From positions 80,724,001-80,788,000 of the forward strand of contig CM060731.1 of NCBI GenBank assembly GCA_030704615.1: a DNA stretch of 64,000 nt, given 5' to 3'. How positions within the stretch are numbered: the stretch's first letter is position 1; each line of letters begins with the position of its first letter. Made by a program: the position numbers and the translations under genes. The stretch comes from Takakia lepidozioides (taxonomy: Eukaryota; Plantae; Bryophyta). Under the pieces are notes generated by a model. That model made no database searches. It was given only the letters and a program-made list of their open reading frames with translations, and was not told the origin of the DNA. Shown piece after piece: positions 47,815 through 61,500 of the stretch.

Positions 47815-50800
47815 TATCTCTCATCACCACTGCAAAATATCTATTTACCATATATATATCTGGCGGTTGTCTATAATTACCAATTACTAATAATTTAATG
47901 TCGTTAGTTTTAATCTATTAATACCCGGCCTAATAGATACCTTGTTCATTCAATACCGCCCAACGTTGAGACAATAGTCGCCATAACATCCCATACAACA
48001 CATGTGTGGTAATATGTTCGTTGTGAGATGCACAGCCCACGTCGATAGGTTGCTGACAAACACAATGGCAGATTAAAATTAGAAAGTGTGTGGAGTTTTG
48101 ATCACCAGAAGAAAAAAAAGTTCTGATGAAGACAATAAAAGACAACGCAAAGGGTGATTGTTGGCCGTGCCCCAATCGCACACTTGCTCCAAACTAACAA
48201 ATATTTAGTATGATACAAATTGAGCAAAACCTAAAAGAGCAATGGGCTCTCTTGCTTTGGCAACACATAAGGGGGAGGTGAGACAAGGGCACGTCTCAGC
48301 ACAACACAACAACGGGAATGGTGTAAGGTCTTTGACCACATTTTCTCAACATGATGCATTGAACTTAATCTCTTCTACAAAAGATAACAAATAAAAATAT
48401 GCATTGGTGAGCAGGTTGAAAATATGTCTTTTGAAGGTGATCGAAGCCTTGAGCAATCCGTATGCCAATGTGTTTGCTAGTCTGAGAAAATATGTACGCC
48501 CTCAAAAAAAAAAAAACCCGAAGAAATTTGGACAGCAAGCTGTATGAACAAAGGTGGCTATATCATGTGGCCCCACATGCTAGTGCATGCCATGCGAAAG
48601 TGGCAATTGCATGTGGGGAATGCATGCCAAAGTTGGCTAGGGAAGGTTCTAGATTGGAGGAGGTCCTATAGGTGTGGCGAGGTCAAGCTTATAGCCAAAG
48701 AGGGAGCTTGTGAAGAGATGAAGCCTTCCAGGTAGGGAGCCATATGAGGCATGAATGAGGGAGTCCAAGAGGAAAGGGAGGGTCGATTAGTTGGCGGCAA
48801 GGTGGATAGGGGCACACACCAGTGGCAATCGCAAGGGGCCCATCGGCATGGGATCCAGTACGACGTGTACGGGTGGATTGGTCTTCATTATAACCTTCTT
48901 AGCGCTATCATGTGGTTGGTATAGGAGCTGGTATAACAAGCAACGAGTTTTATGTCCACTTGTATTTCTATTATGTCATGAGTCTATCCGTATTCAAGGC
49001 TGAAATTCTGCTCGAAATTACATCTCCGATGCACTATTATGTTACGACACCGATATGCCTCTACACCAATTTTATACGAGATCGGAGTGGAGTGAAGATG
49101 TATCTATGAGAAAAAAGGTGGAGGATATGTTTATGTGTGCACGAGAAAAGCTGTCGAGCTGTTGTTGGAACGGTTGTCCATTTGTGCAACTGTTCGTGTG
49201 GAAATCGAGAAACTAAGGCAAGAGGAACCGGGCCCAATTGCCTAGAAAGGCCCTCAAGGGCAATGCCCAACATATAAGTCCATAGACTAATGACAAGGTG
49301 GGTTGGCAATGGGCCAACCACCTTGTGAGCCGTCCAATATTGCCTCTGGCCTTAGAATTGGTCGCCCAAAGTCGGACCCTCCATGATAGTTGCATAGAAA
49401 GTGAACAAGATTCAAGTAATCCTAGTAGATAGGATGGTACAGTAGGTATGATACACATAGCATGAGCCACCTGCATATTCCCCAGCCTGGATTGCCTGCA
49501 AGGTGTCCTCCAAGAAGGAGATATGCACTGAATGTTGTGGTGCCAAAAGAGATACCTAGAATGTTGTTATGATCCATCTTTTTGTCTCATCCCCTTTTAT
49601 GAAGACAATGATACATACCTACTAATATATGTGCCACAATAAAGGATGTTGCAAAAATCCCATGTTGTGAATGGGGTGAGTCCAAACACGAGATCCATCT
49701 TGTAGGGCCATGAGTCATGACAGAAGCTTTCGAACTGCATACATATCACCCCGGCCCGCATGCTAAAAGACAACTGCTCCACCAACCGGCAGCTATAGTC
49801 TGACAGAAACAACCTTCAGGGAGAGAAGGAAGCCCCTCTAGCATGTGTTGTACTAATCTAGATTGAGGATCCATGCAAGACAGTCCAGTCTCATGCACCA
49901 AATCTTCAACCGTCTGGAGTCCACAATTGATATGACACCGGTCACTGAGCAGACTAAAGTTGCCATTCCGTGCCCCGCAAGCAAAATTGTGATAGAAACC
50001 AACACTAGCTTGTCAACTTGTGGGTCCCATTGGAGAGTGCAGCTTTATTACACTATTATGGCACACCATCTGTCCAGCTCTCACTTTCTATTTATACTCC
50101 TTCCCTGCTTGAAGACTCCGAATGATGATGAATGTTGCGCCCAACTGAAAATTGGGAACTTGTGAAGTAAAATAGTGGTTATATGAATGAGGGATACAAT
50201 TTAATATATTGTTGTCTACACAGTGCGATCATCTAAGAAACATCTGATGTCTGGACTTGAGGTGAAGAACAAGTCCGTGGTGGTGTCCCCTTTCTCGTCT
50301 TCTGCAACAACTAACTCGTCCTGGATAGGAAAATATTCCTCCAATGTCCAAAAGGTTTATAGTTTATAGGCTTTTATCAAGGACAATGATCTCGAAATCT
50401 ATGTAGGTTGTTCCAGATTTGACCTTCAAAGGTCCCACTTACACGGACCTTCAACTGTTGATATTCTTGGTACGTTAATAACTACCTTCATCATCATCGC
50501 CGTCAACAAGTACAGGAATCAAAACTGAAATTATGTGAGTTTTTCAGATTTCTTTGTTTTGCAGAGTATACCCAGTATGATACTGGGGTTCTATACGAGC
50601 GTTTGAAAGCATTTGCAATGGCACATTTTCCCTCCCTGACAACAATCTGGACGTTGTGCACAAAGTATCGGAGTGCTCGAATCCCTAGTTTGAACAACGG
50701 AAAGGAGCAGACAAGGTAGTACAGAGCGATCCCCAAAAGTGTTCAGGTGTAAAGTGCGCGGACTGATTCAGGTGTAAAGAGCTCAGGTCCCGAAAGAGTC

Positions 50801-52506
50801 CAAGCCAATGGAGTGGGGGAGCGTACAAGACCTAGTGTAAAGTGGGCCTGCATACTCGGTCCAAAAACGCCGTCCATATCTCAAGAGGAATCAGTATAAT
50901 TGTTGAGCGAGGGGCCAGAGTCACCTTTCTTGCCTGGAAGGTGATTTGACATCCCGCGTGACTCCAGTCCATGGCGGCATTGTGCATCTCGCACCTGCCG
51001 TGCTGGACGCGGCGGAGAGATTCCTCTCCTTCTCTTCCCTTTGCCAAGGATCGTCTGCGGTTCTCGATAGGTTATGCTCCAGTCATTATCGGGGTCAATT
51101 GCCTCTCACCTGCTCCCGGGTAAGGTTTATTTGATTCTCCAGGCCTTTTGGATCCTCCTTCGCATTTTAAATTAATACTTCTTGGGGAAGACATTCTGGT
51201 GAGTGCATTCGTAAGGAATTCTGTCAGGCCGTCATGACAGAGAGTTTTTAATGAGGGATATTGTCTTCAGGTGGAAATAAGAGCATCTACTTGATGGATT
51301 ACAGAAAACCTTAACCATCGCGGATTATAGAAAACCTTTATGCCTTTTTGATCAAGTGTAAGATTCTGAGCTCATTGACTGAACAATTCGAATCTTCCGT
51401 ACTGGCAAGTTCATTGAAGCCATATCTCACTTAAAGGCTCAGACTTCGGTCTTCACTTAGAACAGTTACGTTCTTCATGGCTTCATGAAGGTTGCCGCGG
51501 CTTTGATACCCTGTATGTATCACCACAATTTTCCGTGCTATGAAAACTATTGCCGTCTCTGATTTGGGGAGGCATTTAGTGAAAAGGATTACGTGCACAT
51601 CTCCTGTAGAATTGAGAAGGTGTGACCAACGGGTGTATAAACGATACAGAAAGAAAGATAACAGAGACGTCACTGCGTACATTTTTCTTTTTGGTCTGGT
51701 GCCGCGATCACACTCGCTTCAAATTCGAAGAGTTGAACAGAGGTGCAATAGAGATGAAATAGAGAAACTGATAGGCAGACAGACAATGCCTCTCGCAAGA
51801 CATTGCGAGGGAATTTCCCAAAGAGCGATAGAGCGGAGGAATGAGTGTTATTGAATTTCTCGGTGAAGTTATATTTCAAGAATCATTTTTAGTAAGGAAT
51901 GTGCTGCCACGCTAAATTGATTGTCCTCTGTCTGTCTGTATCTCCATCGAAAGATGACATCAGTGTCTCAGCTCTAGCTCCGTGTATGACATCCCATTTG
52001 TACTATATGCTAGTCTCAATTCCTAATGTGGTATGGAACGTCAGCGAGATGTGCTGTTAAACTCTGCGGTACGGCTAAGCAGTACGTGCATACCATATCG
52101 AAGAGTGTTTACTGTCGGGGGGAGAGAAAGAGTATGTGACGGGGCGAGAGAGTTGAATATAAATCTCACAGAGTAAAATGGAAAAATGAAATCTTCAAGG
52201 TCAAGTGAAATTGGTTATATTGTAAAAGCGGGTGTGAAGTTTCGAGATCAGAATGCTCTTGGTAGTTTTGGCGTAGTCATCATGTGGTAGCATTTGAGTG
52301 TCCTCCCAAGCGTATTCACCTTAGCCACCTCGCTCACTCTGTTGTACTACACAGGATTGCAGCGAAGCTGTGATGGTTTGAGATTCTCAGAGGTGCGGTC
52401 CACCTTGCATGCTGGATGTAGTGAAACACATGGATGAAGAGTATTAACTTCAGCGGATGGCAGTGTGCTGAGGAGGGGAAATAATCTACATCTCAGTAGC
52501 AGGGCC

Positions 52507-55500
52507 ATGGATCAAGCATCTGGGGAGAGTGTTTCGCCCACTGCTGGAGGGAAACCAGACCCTACTGAAGCCAAAGAGGCTGAATTGCTAAATGCCTTTT
52601 ATGCCATTCCAACTATTGACAAGGCATGGACTAGTGCATCAAGGAAAGGTGGGGCTACTTCATTGAATTGCCATCAATATAAACTTCAGGCTAATGTTTT
52701 CCCTGCAGATTAGCTTCCTGGGCTCCCTTTCGATTGACTCACAAGCATTGATTCTATTAAATCATTAGGATTGTGTTTTCTACTTGGGGCTCAGTATCTA
52801 TTGGTACTATGGTCTATACCAATCATAAAAAATTCACCCTGCACATTTAGGTCTCAAGCTGTTGGTTGGGTGTTCCCAGGAAATGGGGGTGTTGATGTGG
52901 TGGTGGCAATGAGCCAGATCAACCTTCCAGCAAATACTAAGCGCACTTTCATGTCAACAGTTTACATTCCAGATCCAAGTGCTAATTTGTCAGATTACCA
53001 CTGGTCGCCCTTCCCATTTGAGCTGAGTGGAGCCTTGCTCATAGTGCCCTCTCCTTCTGGCGCAAAGCTGCTCATAGTCCGAAAAGCTGACACGAATGCA
53101 AAGGATGGCGTGACTTCAGTAAAGCTTGAGATTTGGGGTCCAGGCCAGTTGTTGAAAGAGATATTTGTTCCAGCCTCGGTTCATGGCTCTATTTATGCAG
53201 ATGGATGGTAAGGTTTTCTCCTCGACTGCAAATTTCTGGAAGGCATCTGCATTTTGCCAAAATCTTTATGAATTAACCTAGTGGGTTTGTTTGTCCCAGC
53301 AGACAGAATAAAAGACTACTTAGTGACTGTTAATCAGTATGAGGTTTTTGATACAGAAAGTTGAAGTTGAAGAGGCTTCCAGGCAATTAGAAACTTCAAT
53401 CAGAAACTTGTTTTGGAGCAGTTTTGGGGATTCCTGGGTAGAGTTGGTCTAGTTTCAAGTCCATAGAATTGTGCCTCCATACTCTGTCCCTCCCCCATTG
53501 AAAGTGTTCATTGGACAGCATTGCTAGTCATCTAAGAAAGTACAGATAGACAGAATGTTACTCTTGAGACCATCACTTACTTGAAAAAGATGTTCTTGCT
53601 GTGGCTCAAGCTGCTCAACCTCTACAATCTCTCTTGGTACTGTGGGACCGTGGACTTCTCTCTGGGATTTTGAAAATATTCCATTTTCATTCTGCACAGG
53701 TTTGAAGGAGTTTCATGGAGCCAAGATGAGGAATACATTGCTTATGTTGCAGAGGAGCCTGCACCCTCACGACCTGTGTTTGGTCAGTCTACCTCAGCCT
53801 CTGGCCAAAGCAGCACTGAAAGCTTGGACGTGGGGACCTGGAAAGGGCAAGGGGATTGGGTGGAGGACTGGGGAGAATCCTACTCAGGGAAGAGGAGACC
53901 TGTTCTCTTTGTGGCCAATATTGGCAGGTATTCCATTTTGCGAAGTGTGCCGAGGACTTGGAGGTACTAGAGTTGCATAGATGGACATCAAACTAAAACA
54001 GGAACTGGAAAACTAAAGCTATTCACTTTGCTTGGGAGCTTGCTTTCCAGATTCTCATTGCAGCCGGTAAACCCCAAAATTTTCTTCAAATCTGTGCTTT
54101 TCTTTTTTATTAAGTAGAACCTCCCTAGACACTACCTTTGTGAGGGACTCACTCCAGTGGTGCGACTTAACATTGGTAAAAACAATTTGTTCGGGCTTTC
54201 TAGATTTCCTCTACAACACAAGCATCAATCTTTTGTGTGAGCTGCCCAGCAATTAGACCCCAACAGGGCCAGGGCCTTAGGCTCAGCCTCCAGATTTTGA
54301 ATGTTGGTGAACAGAGGTGCAGGGACCATGTGCTTGATGGTCCTGAAGAGGGTCACTCTCTGCTGATAGTACCTGGACATTGTATCAGAAACTGCATATT
54401 GGCTTCAGGCCGCCCACACATCGGGCATTGACAATCTCCCTTTCCTCTCTGCATCTGTTTATTGTTCAAAGGTAGACTCCCTGCCCTGAGTTTAAATTTC
54501 AGTCTAGTAGTGAGGCTAGGTAGGCCCTTCACACCATCCTTGTCACAAACTGGAAACAATTTCAGGGAAGTTTTATGCCTAACTTCGTCTTATTCGGGCA
54601 TTCTTTGCATTTCGACGAGGCCTTAGACAATTCAGCCTCCAAGTCAGCTTCAATCAGCTTAGGGTATCTGGTATTAGGCATGTGATTCAACTGACCCCAT
54701 CTGACCTTGAACTCATCATGTCGAGAGCTCAAGGGTGGTACGCCAAACTCGCCCCAAACAGCCACGTTAGCTGTTTTAGAGCATACTGACATGATTGAGC
54801 ACTGAAAGCTGATTCTAAAGTTTAGCATGGTTGGAATTGCCGTCCCACACGGCAGATGCGTACTCCAAGGTAGGCGTGATAATGTTGCAACGCATGGTTC
54901 TTTTAAATTCAGGATTTATTCCTCTGCAGTGGAAAATTGGTGAGACCCGAAGCTTTGCGTTTAGCTGTTGAACCACATTTTGTATATGCTCATCCCAGTT
55001 ACAACTCGAGGAAAACTCAACACCAAGATACATGTAGGAAGGGATCACAGGGATCCCTTCACTGCCCCATGTCCATTTGGTATAAGAGAGAGAATGCACT
55101 CATGTCGTTCCCTTCGAACGTTGGCTTGCCATAGCCTTACGGCCATTGACTCCGTGGTCAACTAACCTCCTGGAGCGTTTTGTAGGATTTACCCACCAAG
55201 GTTTAGGGTATGAGAATGTACTCATAAGGCATTGTTTGCCGTAGCCTTGTGGTCAAAGGGCAGGAGTTTTTCAAAGAGAGAGAGAATGTACTCATATGAC
55301 GCTGTTTGCCGTAGCCTTGTGGCCCCACCCGCGCCCAGTTTGAGCGGAACACAAACGGACAGAAACTACCGGTAGTATGACCTGTCTTGAAATTGACAAT
55401 TGATCCGAGTTTTCCAGATATCCTCTAGAAAAATCCCTTCACACAAACGTCAATGTGCTGCGTGTGATTTGCCCAATAACCAGACCCCAAAAGGGCCTGG

Positions 55501-58500
55501 GCTTTTGGCTCAGCCTCGAGATTTTCAAAGTTGGTAAACAGAGGTACAGGAACAATTCCCATGATGGAATTGAAGAGGGTATCTCTCTGGTGAGAGTACC
55601 CATGATAATGAATCAGAAAGTGGATATTGTCTTCAGGTTGCCCACACAACGGGCATTTGCAATCCCCCTTTCCTCTCTGCGTCTGTTTGCTCTTCCAAGT
55701 TAGGCTTCCTGCCCTGAGTTTAAATTCTAGTGCCGACAGTGGGTAATTGAGGTCATCCATGATGGCCTCCGCCATGTCAAAGAGAGAGAGAGAGATTGTA
55801 CTCATAAGACGTTGTTTGCCGTAGCCTTGTGGCCATTGACCCCGCGCCCAGTTTGAGCGGGAACAAAAGGGACAGAACCTACCTCTGTCAGGGGCTGACG
55901 TTGGTAGTAAGACTTACCTTCATATAAAGAATTAATCCGGGTTTTCCAGATATCCTCTAGAAATCCCTTCACACAAGCATCAATCTGCTGTGTGTGATTT
56001 GCCCAAAAACTAGGCCTGGGCTTTTGGCTCAGCCTCGAGACTTTCAAAGTTGGTAAACAGGGGTACAGGCACAATTCCCTTGATAGAATTGAAGAGAGCG
56101 TCTCTTTGGTGAGAGAACCCCGGACAGTGTATCAGAAAATGAATACTGTCTTCAGATTGCCCACACAACGGGCAATTGCACTCTCCCTTTCCTCTCTGCT
56201 TCTGTTTGCTGTTCAAAGGTAGGCTTCCTGCCCTGAGTTTAAATTTCAGTCTAGTGCCGAGAGTGGGTAGACCCTTGAGGTCATCCAAGATGTCCTCCCC
56301 CATGTCACTGACTGGAAACAAGTTCAGGGAAGTTTTCTGCCGAACTTCATTTTCATCAGACAAACTCATGGCAACAGACATGGCTTCGGACACTACAGCC
56401 TCTAAGTCAGATTTATCCAGCAGGGTCAAGACTTGCGGATCCAGGTCCAGGTCCTTGAGAATCTCTTCTACTCTCTTCTGCCAGGACTTAGCCTGTTTGA
56501 CAGGGTGGTCCTGTTTCCAAGATATAGAGTTGATTAACTTAGGATATCTGGTGTTGGGCATATGTTGCAGCGGACCCCACCATCTGACCTTGAATTAATC
56601 TCGTCGGGAGCTTAAGGACGGAATGCCAAACTCACCCCGAACAGCCACATTGGCTGTTTTGGAGCATGCTGACATACACTCCTTAAGCACCCCCACTTGA
56701 ATGGATTCTAGAGACTTAGCCTGGTTGGAGTTATCAACCCATATAGCAGATCCGTACTCCAAGGCAGGTCTAATAACGCGACAAAGCATGGTTAAGAGAG
56801 AGAGAGAGAGAGAGAGAGTGGCTTCATGCCTGAAGGCTTGTGGAACATTTGAAGTTCCAAATGATTTCTAACCAAGACCTAACAACAGAAACTCAAATTA
56901 TGGAGGGAGATGTGTTTGACTGCGTAGTTTGGTTAGACTCTCAAGGACATAATCTGATGCTATATTGGTGCACAGTGGGGCAGTGCAGGTTGTAGAAGGC
57001 ATTCCAAAGGATATTAGTGCTGGTCAAGTGATTTGGGCTCCTTGTCTCAATCCTCCAACTTCAGAGGAAGCAGGTTCACGATTGTTGGTGTTTGTGGGTT
57101 GGTCTTCCTTTGCAAACAATTTCAGCACTCCCCGGAAGCTTGGAATGAAGTATTGTTACAACAGGCCTTGTGCTTTGTATGCTGTTGATGCTCCAGTACC
57201 TGGCAGGTGATTTCAGCGTGTCTTTTCTTACTGAATTTCTTCCCCTGGAATTACCTCAATCAGGCAGTCCAGTTTGCATCCTGATGTCAGTGGGAGTCTT
57301 TTTCTTATATATCTGCTGTAATGTTTTGTTTTCTTCTTCTTGTAAATTCAGGGGACATCAGCTGTGGGCAGGTATGTTTGAGTTTCGTTGACAACTTACT
57401 TACCTGGTTGTCTTATCTGGGGATGCCCCATGGCTAAATGCAGCTACGGCATATCTACGCATCAATATAATTGGTGAATGTTAGCGTCTAGTAGTGGATT
57501 GCAGTGAGGAGTTCATGAGTGTTTGGATTTGGATCAGGACCAGATGTTCTGTCTTCCTAAAGCTTGTTGGTCTTATTGAGTGTGGTAGCCCCTGTAATTT
57601 TGTACCAGGAAGTGGGGAATCCTCATCCTGATTTTTCTGAGGTCTTCCTCAGGCATGCTCACCTGGGGATATTCCTGTTGTCTTCTCCCCTCTTTTCATG
57701 AGGTGTTGTTTTACCTTTTCTGTTTTTTTTTTTGATGTTTGATCTGGCAACAAACAACAAAGGAAGGACACATAAAAGACTGCTATGAAGACATGGATGC
57801 TCTTATGCAGTCCAACATGTCAGAACTTGTAAATTGCAGCTTGCAGAGGCACTAATGCTCACTTGAAGCATGAACATTATGTCTGTGCAGGGACACACTG
57901 AAACCGCTGGGACTGGCGAGGAAGTTGACAGATGATATCAGTAGTGCAATTTCACCTCGCTTCAGGTTATCTTGCTGTCTGTCAAGGCTACCTGGAGTTT
58001 CAGTTGCTAAAGATTTGAGGAGCCTTCACTAGCGTGCTTGTCCCAAGATAACAAGTGTTACTGCCACATTGTGTTCTGAGCTTATTTTGGTTTAGTTCGT
58101 CAAGAAATCTTCCTTGATGCCCCGGTGGGCAGCTTGCCAACCTTAAAAATTTAGTTTGTTGTTGGAAGAGATGCATCCTGGCATTCATTGACCGGGTTGA
58201 TGATGAGAGCTAACTACATTCCCAGACCCTGTGGGATATAATTTGACTGGGTTGGGGTTGCTGACGGAAAAGTGACATACAACAGTTGAGTTATTGGTTT
58301 GCTGTTGCAAGAGATGCATCCTAGCTCCAGATCCTCTGGGAAATTATTTGACGGGGTTGGTTGAGAGACCAGCTTGGATATCTCTTCAACCTTGTGTGGT
58401 TGTGTACATGCAGTCCAGATGGGAAGCTGTTGGTGTTCTTGTCATCCCAGGCAGCCGTCAACAGTGGTGCTCACTGTGCTACCAACTCTCTTCATGCAAT

Positions 58501-61500
58501 CGATTGGCAAGCAGATGGAAACTTGAGTTCTCACTTGGAAATCAGAGATCTGGTATGTGACTACTTTTCCTTCAGGCAGTGCTCTTGCTGGTTCCACTTT
58601 GGAAAGTTCCGAAGGGGGTTGAGATTGGAAAAACTTATGAGTGGGCTTAGTCGCAATCAAACACCTAGATGTTCCATCCATGTGGCTGCAGGAATTTCAT
58701 TCCACTAAGTTCCTTGCTTCAGGGCAAGACTTGTATTATATATGGTGGAAGAGTTTGGGGCTCCACAGGCTGAAAAGTCTGTGAGATTACTTGGCAGGTT
58801 CCGGTTGTGCAACACGCTGAAGAAGGCAACTTTCCAGGCCTCTACTGTTCCAACCTCATCGCTCATCCATGGTTACCTGACAGTTCTACTCTATTGCTCT
58901 CGTCAGCCTGGCGGAGCCAGCAGGTCATTCTGGGTGTAAATGTTGAAACGTACGTTTTTGTTTTGGACAGCCTTGTCTTTTAAGAGTCCGTTCCAGTCAG
59001 ATCTAGCTGAGGTTTTACGCTGGCATGAAATAATTTCACATGTCAAGTGTTTTATATCCACCAATTGTGCTGCGGGAGTTGAATGGTCATGTATGTTTTA
59101 CAATATTTACTCACAGGATCTTCTCTTTACAGGATCTCATTTGTGCCTGAGTCACCTAACAGTGGGCATGTGCCTGTATAGTGGCAATGTGACAAGGGTC
59201 AGCCCTTCTGATTCACTATCTTCGTGGAACCTTCTTGCAGTGCAAAATGGTTGTGTCATTTCAGGTATTGCGATTCCAGCTCCATACAATTTTTGGCTTA
59301 TTTCTCACCCCTCTGTGTACTGTTGTGATAATCAAAGGTAGGTGCACATCTGAAATAAGGTATTTGTTGCAGCTTATCTTACCTGAGCGTCTAGCATTCA
59401 AAGGCTATTATTAAAACCAACCATTTACTTGTTATTTCTGATCTGTATCTCTCTATCCACATGTTTTCATTTTGTACCACGAGGAATAGCAAATGATAAG
59501 GTCTGAATGTTTGTACAAGGTTGTAGCTGACCTGTACTGAGGCTGGGACCATTTTGCTGAGTGGGTGATTGTGATGAAGTTATTAGCTCCCCAACCAGAC
59601 CTCACAGCTTGAAGCTAGGCCATCTTGCATCGCCTAGCAGCCCAATCAAGTCTGGTAGGGAATGGAGCTGGTTCAATATATCGGTCCCCTCCCTCAAGTA
59701 TGCTGAGAAGGTAAATGCCTCTCTTTTCTTGCTTCATCAGTGGTAACATGGACGCTTTATTATCAGAGAAAGTGTGTTTTCAATTCAATTTTGCTCAAAT
59801 GCCTCAAATTGAAACAAATATCACAAGAATTCTGTAGATTATTTTACCAGACAATCTTGCATTGCATAAATGTTTTGCTCCACTCGCCCCCACTAGGTAG
59901 AGTAAGCACTGTTCAATGGCTATCTTTGTTTGAATGCAAGTTACACCCTCAGCAATCTCTTGAAAACCAGAAGATTAGAGAAAAGAGCAGAGATCAGTGA
60001 CGTGCTGAATGCATACTCCAGTTTGGACCAGTGTTGTGCGGGTATATCATATACCCGGGTATACCCGCAGGGTATATCAGGGTATAAGCATTTAACTATA
60101 ACCGGACCCGGCGGTTTTACATACCCGCCATTGGAATATAACCGGAGGGTAATTATCTACTAATTACCCTTACCCTATACATAACCGGAGTCTTGGGGTG
60201 TGGATATACCCTGCCCTGGAGGTGGGTAAAGGCTAGCTCAAAGGGTATATGCGTGGTGGGTAAATCCTAAGCCTTTGTCCAATTCGCTTGAGCCTTGCTC
60301 TAACTCTGCTATAGGTAATCCACTCAACCACCTCACTTTTTAGTTGATGGGCCCACCGCTCTCCACGCTCCCTTTAAGTTTAAGCTGGGCCAACCCCCAA
60401 TCTATTGTTGCACTTACAAACCAACACCTCTTGTGGTGCTTCCAAAGTAGCTTAAGTTGTGCTCCACCCATGTCCTAAAAATCTTAGTTTTAGGAACGCG
60501 AAGTTGGTTTATGTAGGTACGTACGTTACCACTGGATTGTTTTATCAATATTCCAAGCATTATTGAATGTATCACTCATATCTCTTGAATATATAATTGA
60601 ATAAAAAAATAGAAATATACTTATTTAACTATTCCCGGTATTTATTTATACCCTCAGGGTATAGATGAGGATTTCTACCATTTATTTATACCCTTCAGAT
60701 TCTACCAGCAGTAATATACCCGTAGGGTAAATATAATTTGGGAAATATAGTATACCCGGACCCGGAGGGTATGTCTAAAACAATATACCCGCACAACACT
60801 GGTTTGGACTCACCGTGGTAAATCTCTGAAGTCTGGCCTATTGAAAGCGCTTTACCATATCATCCACTTCCATATCATCCCGTGGATTCCAGAAGCCAAT
60901 TGAGTCCCTTTCCTGAATAGAGAGAAAGCCTTGAGACCTAAAGACTTAGGGTAGATTGCAATGTTGCATTCAATCTTGCCCGCTGGGCAAACACTCTTCA
61001 TTTACACAGGAGATATATCACCCCTTGCAGGTGGAGTCAGCAATTGCGTCAATGAGATACGAAATCCTGCAGATTCCAGTACCTCTTACAGAGTCACACA
61101 GGAACCTTTCTGAAGGTATGTGCTTCATGGTTTCCCTCTCATTGACCTCCCTATTTTCTAACAAGCTTGGGGGGATTGCATAGACCTGTTTCATGTTGTG
61201 GGCATTTAGTGTCACATGAACCTGTCATTGGGCTAGTTTGTTAATCAAAAGTGCTCAGTGCGATTTTGAAGTTGGGTGTTAACTCCTGCTTGATCCCTCC
61301 AGGTGCCAGGCAATCATTTGAGGCCATATTTGTTTCTCCAAAGGTTTCAAACAACAAACCACTAATTGGAGAATCAAAGAGACCTGACAGTATTCCCCCC
61401 CTTGTGTTAGTTCTGCATGGTGGGCCCCATTCGGTGACACAGACAAGCTTCTCTCGGACATTAGCCTTCCTCTCAGCGTTGGGATTTAGTCTACTTCATG

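Noticed and set aside
49100-50500. Possible decayed coding sequence
   Set aside because: Could not be assigned to any family by eye.
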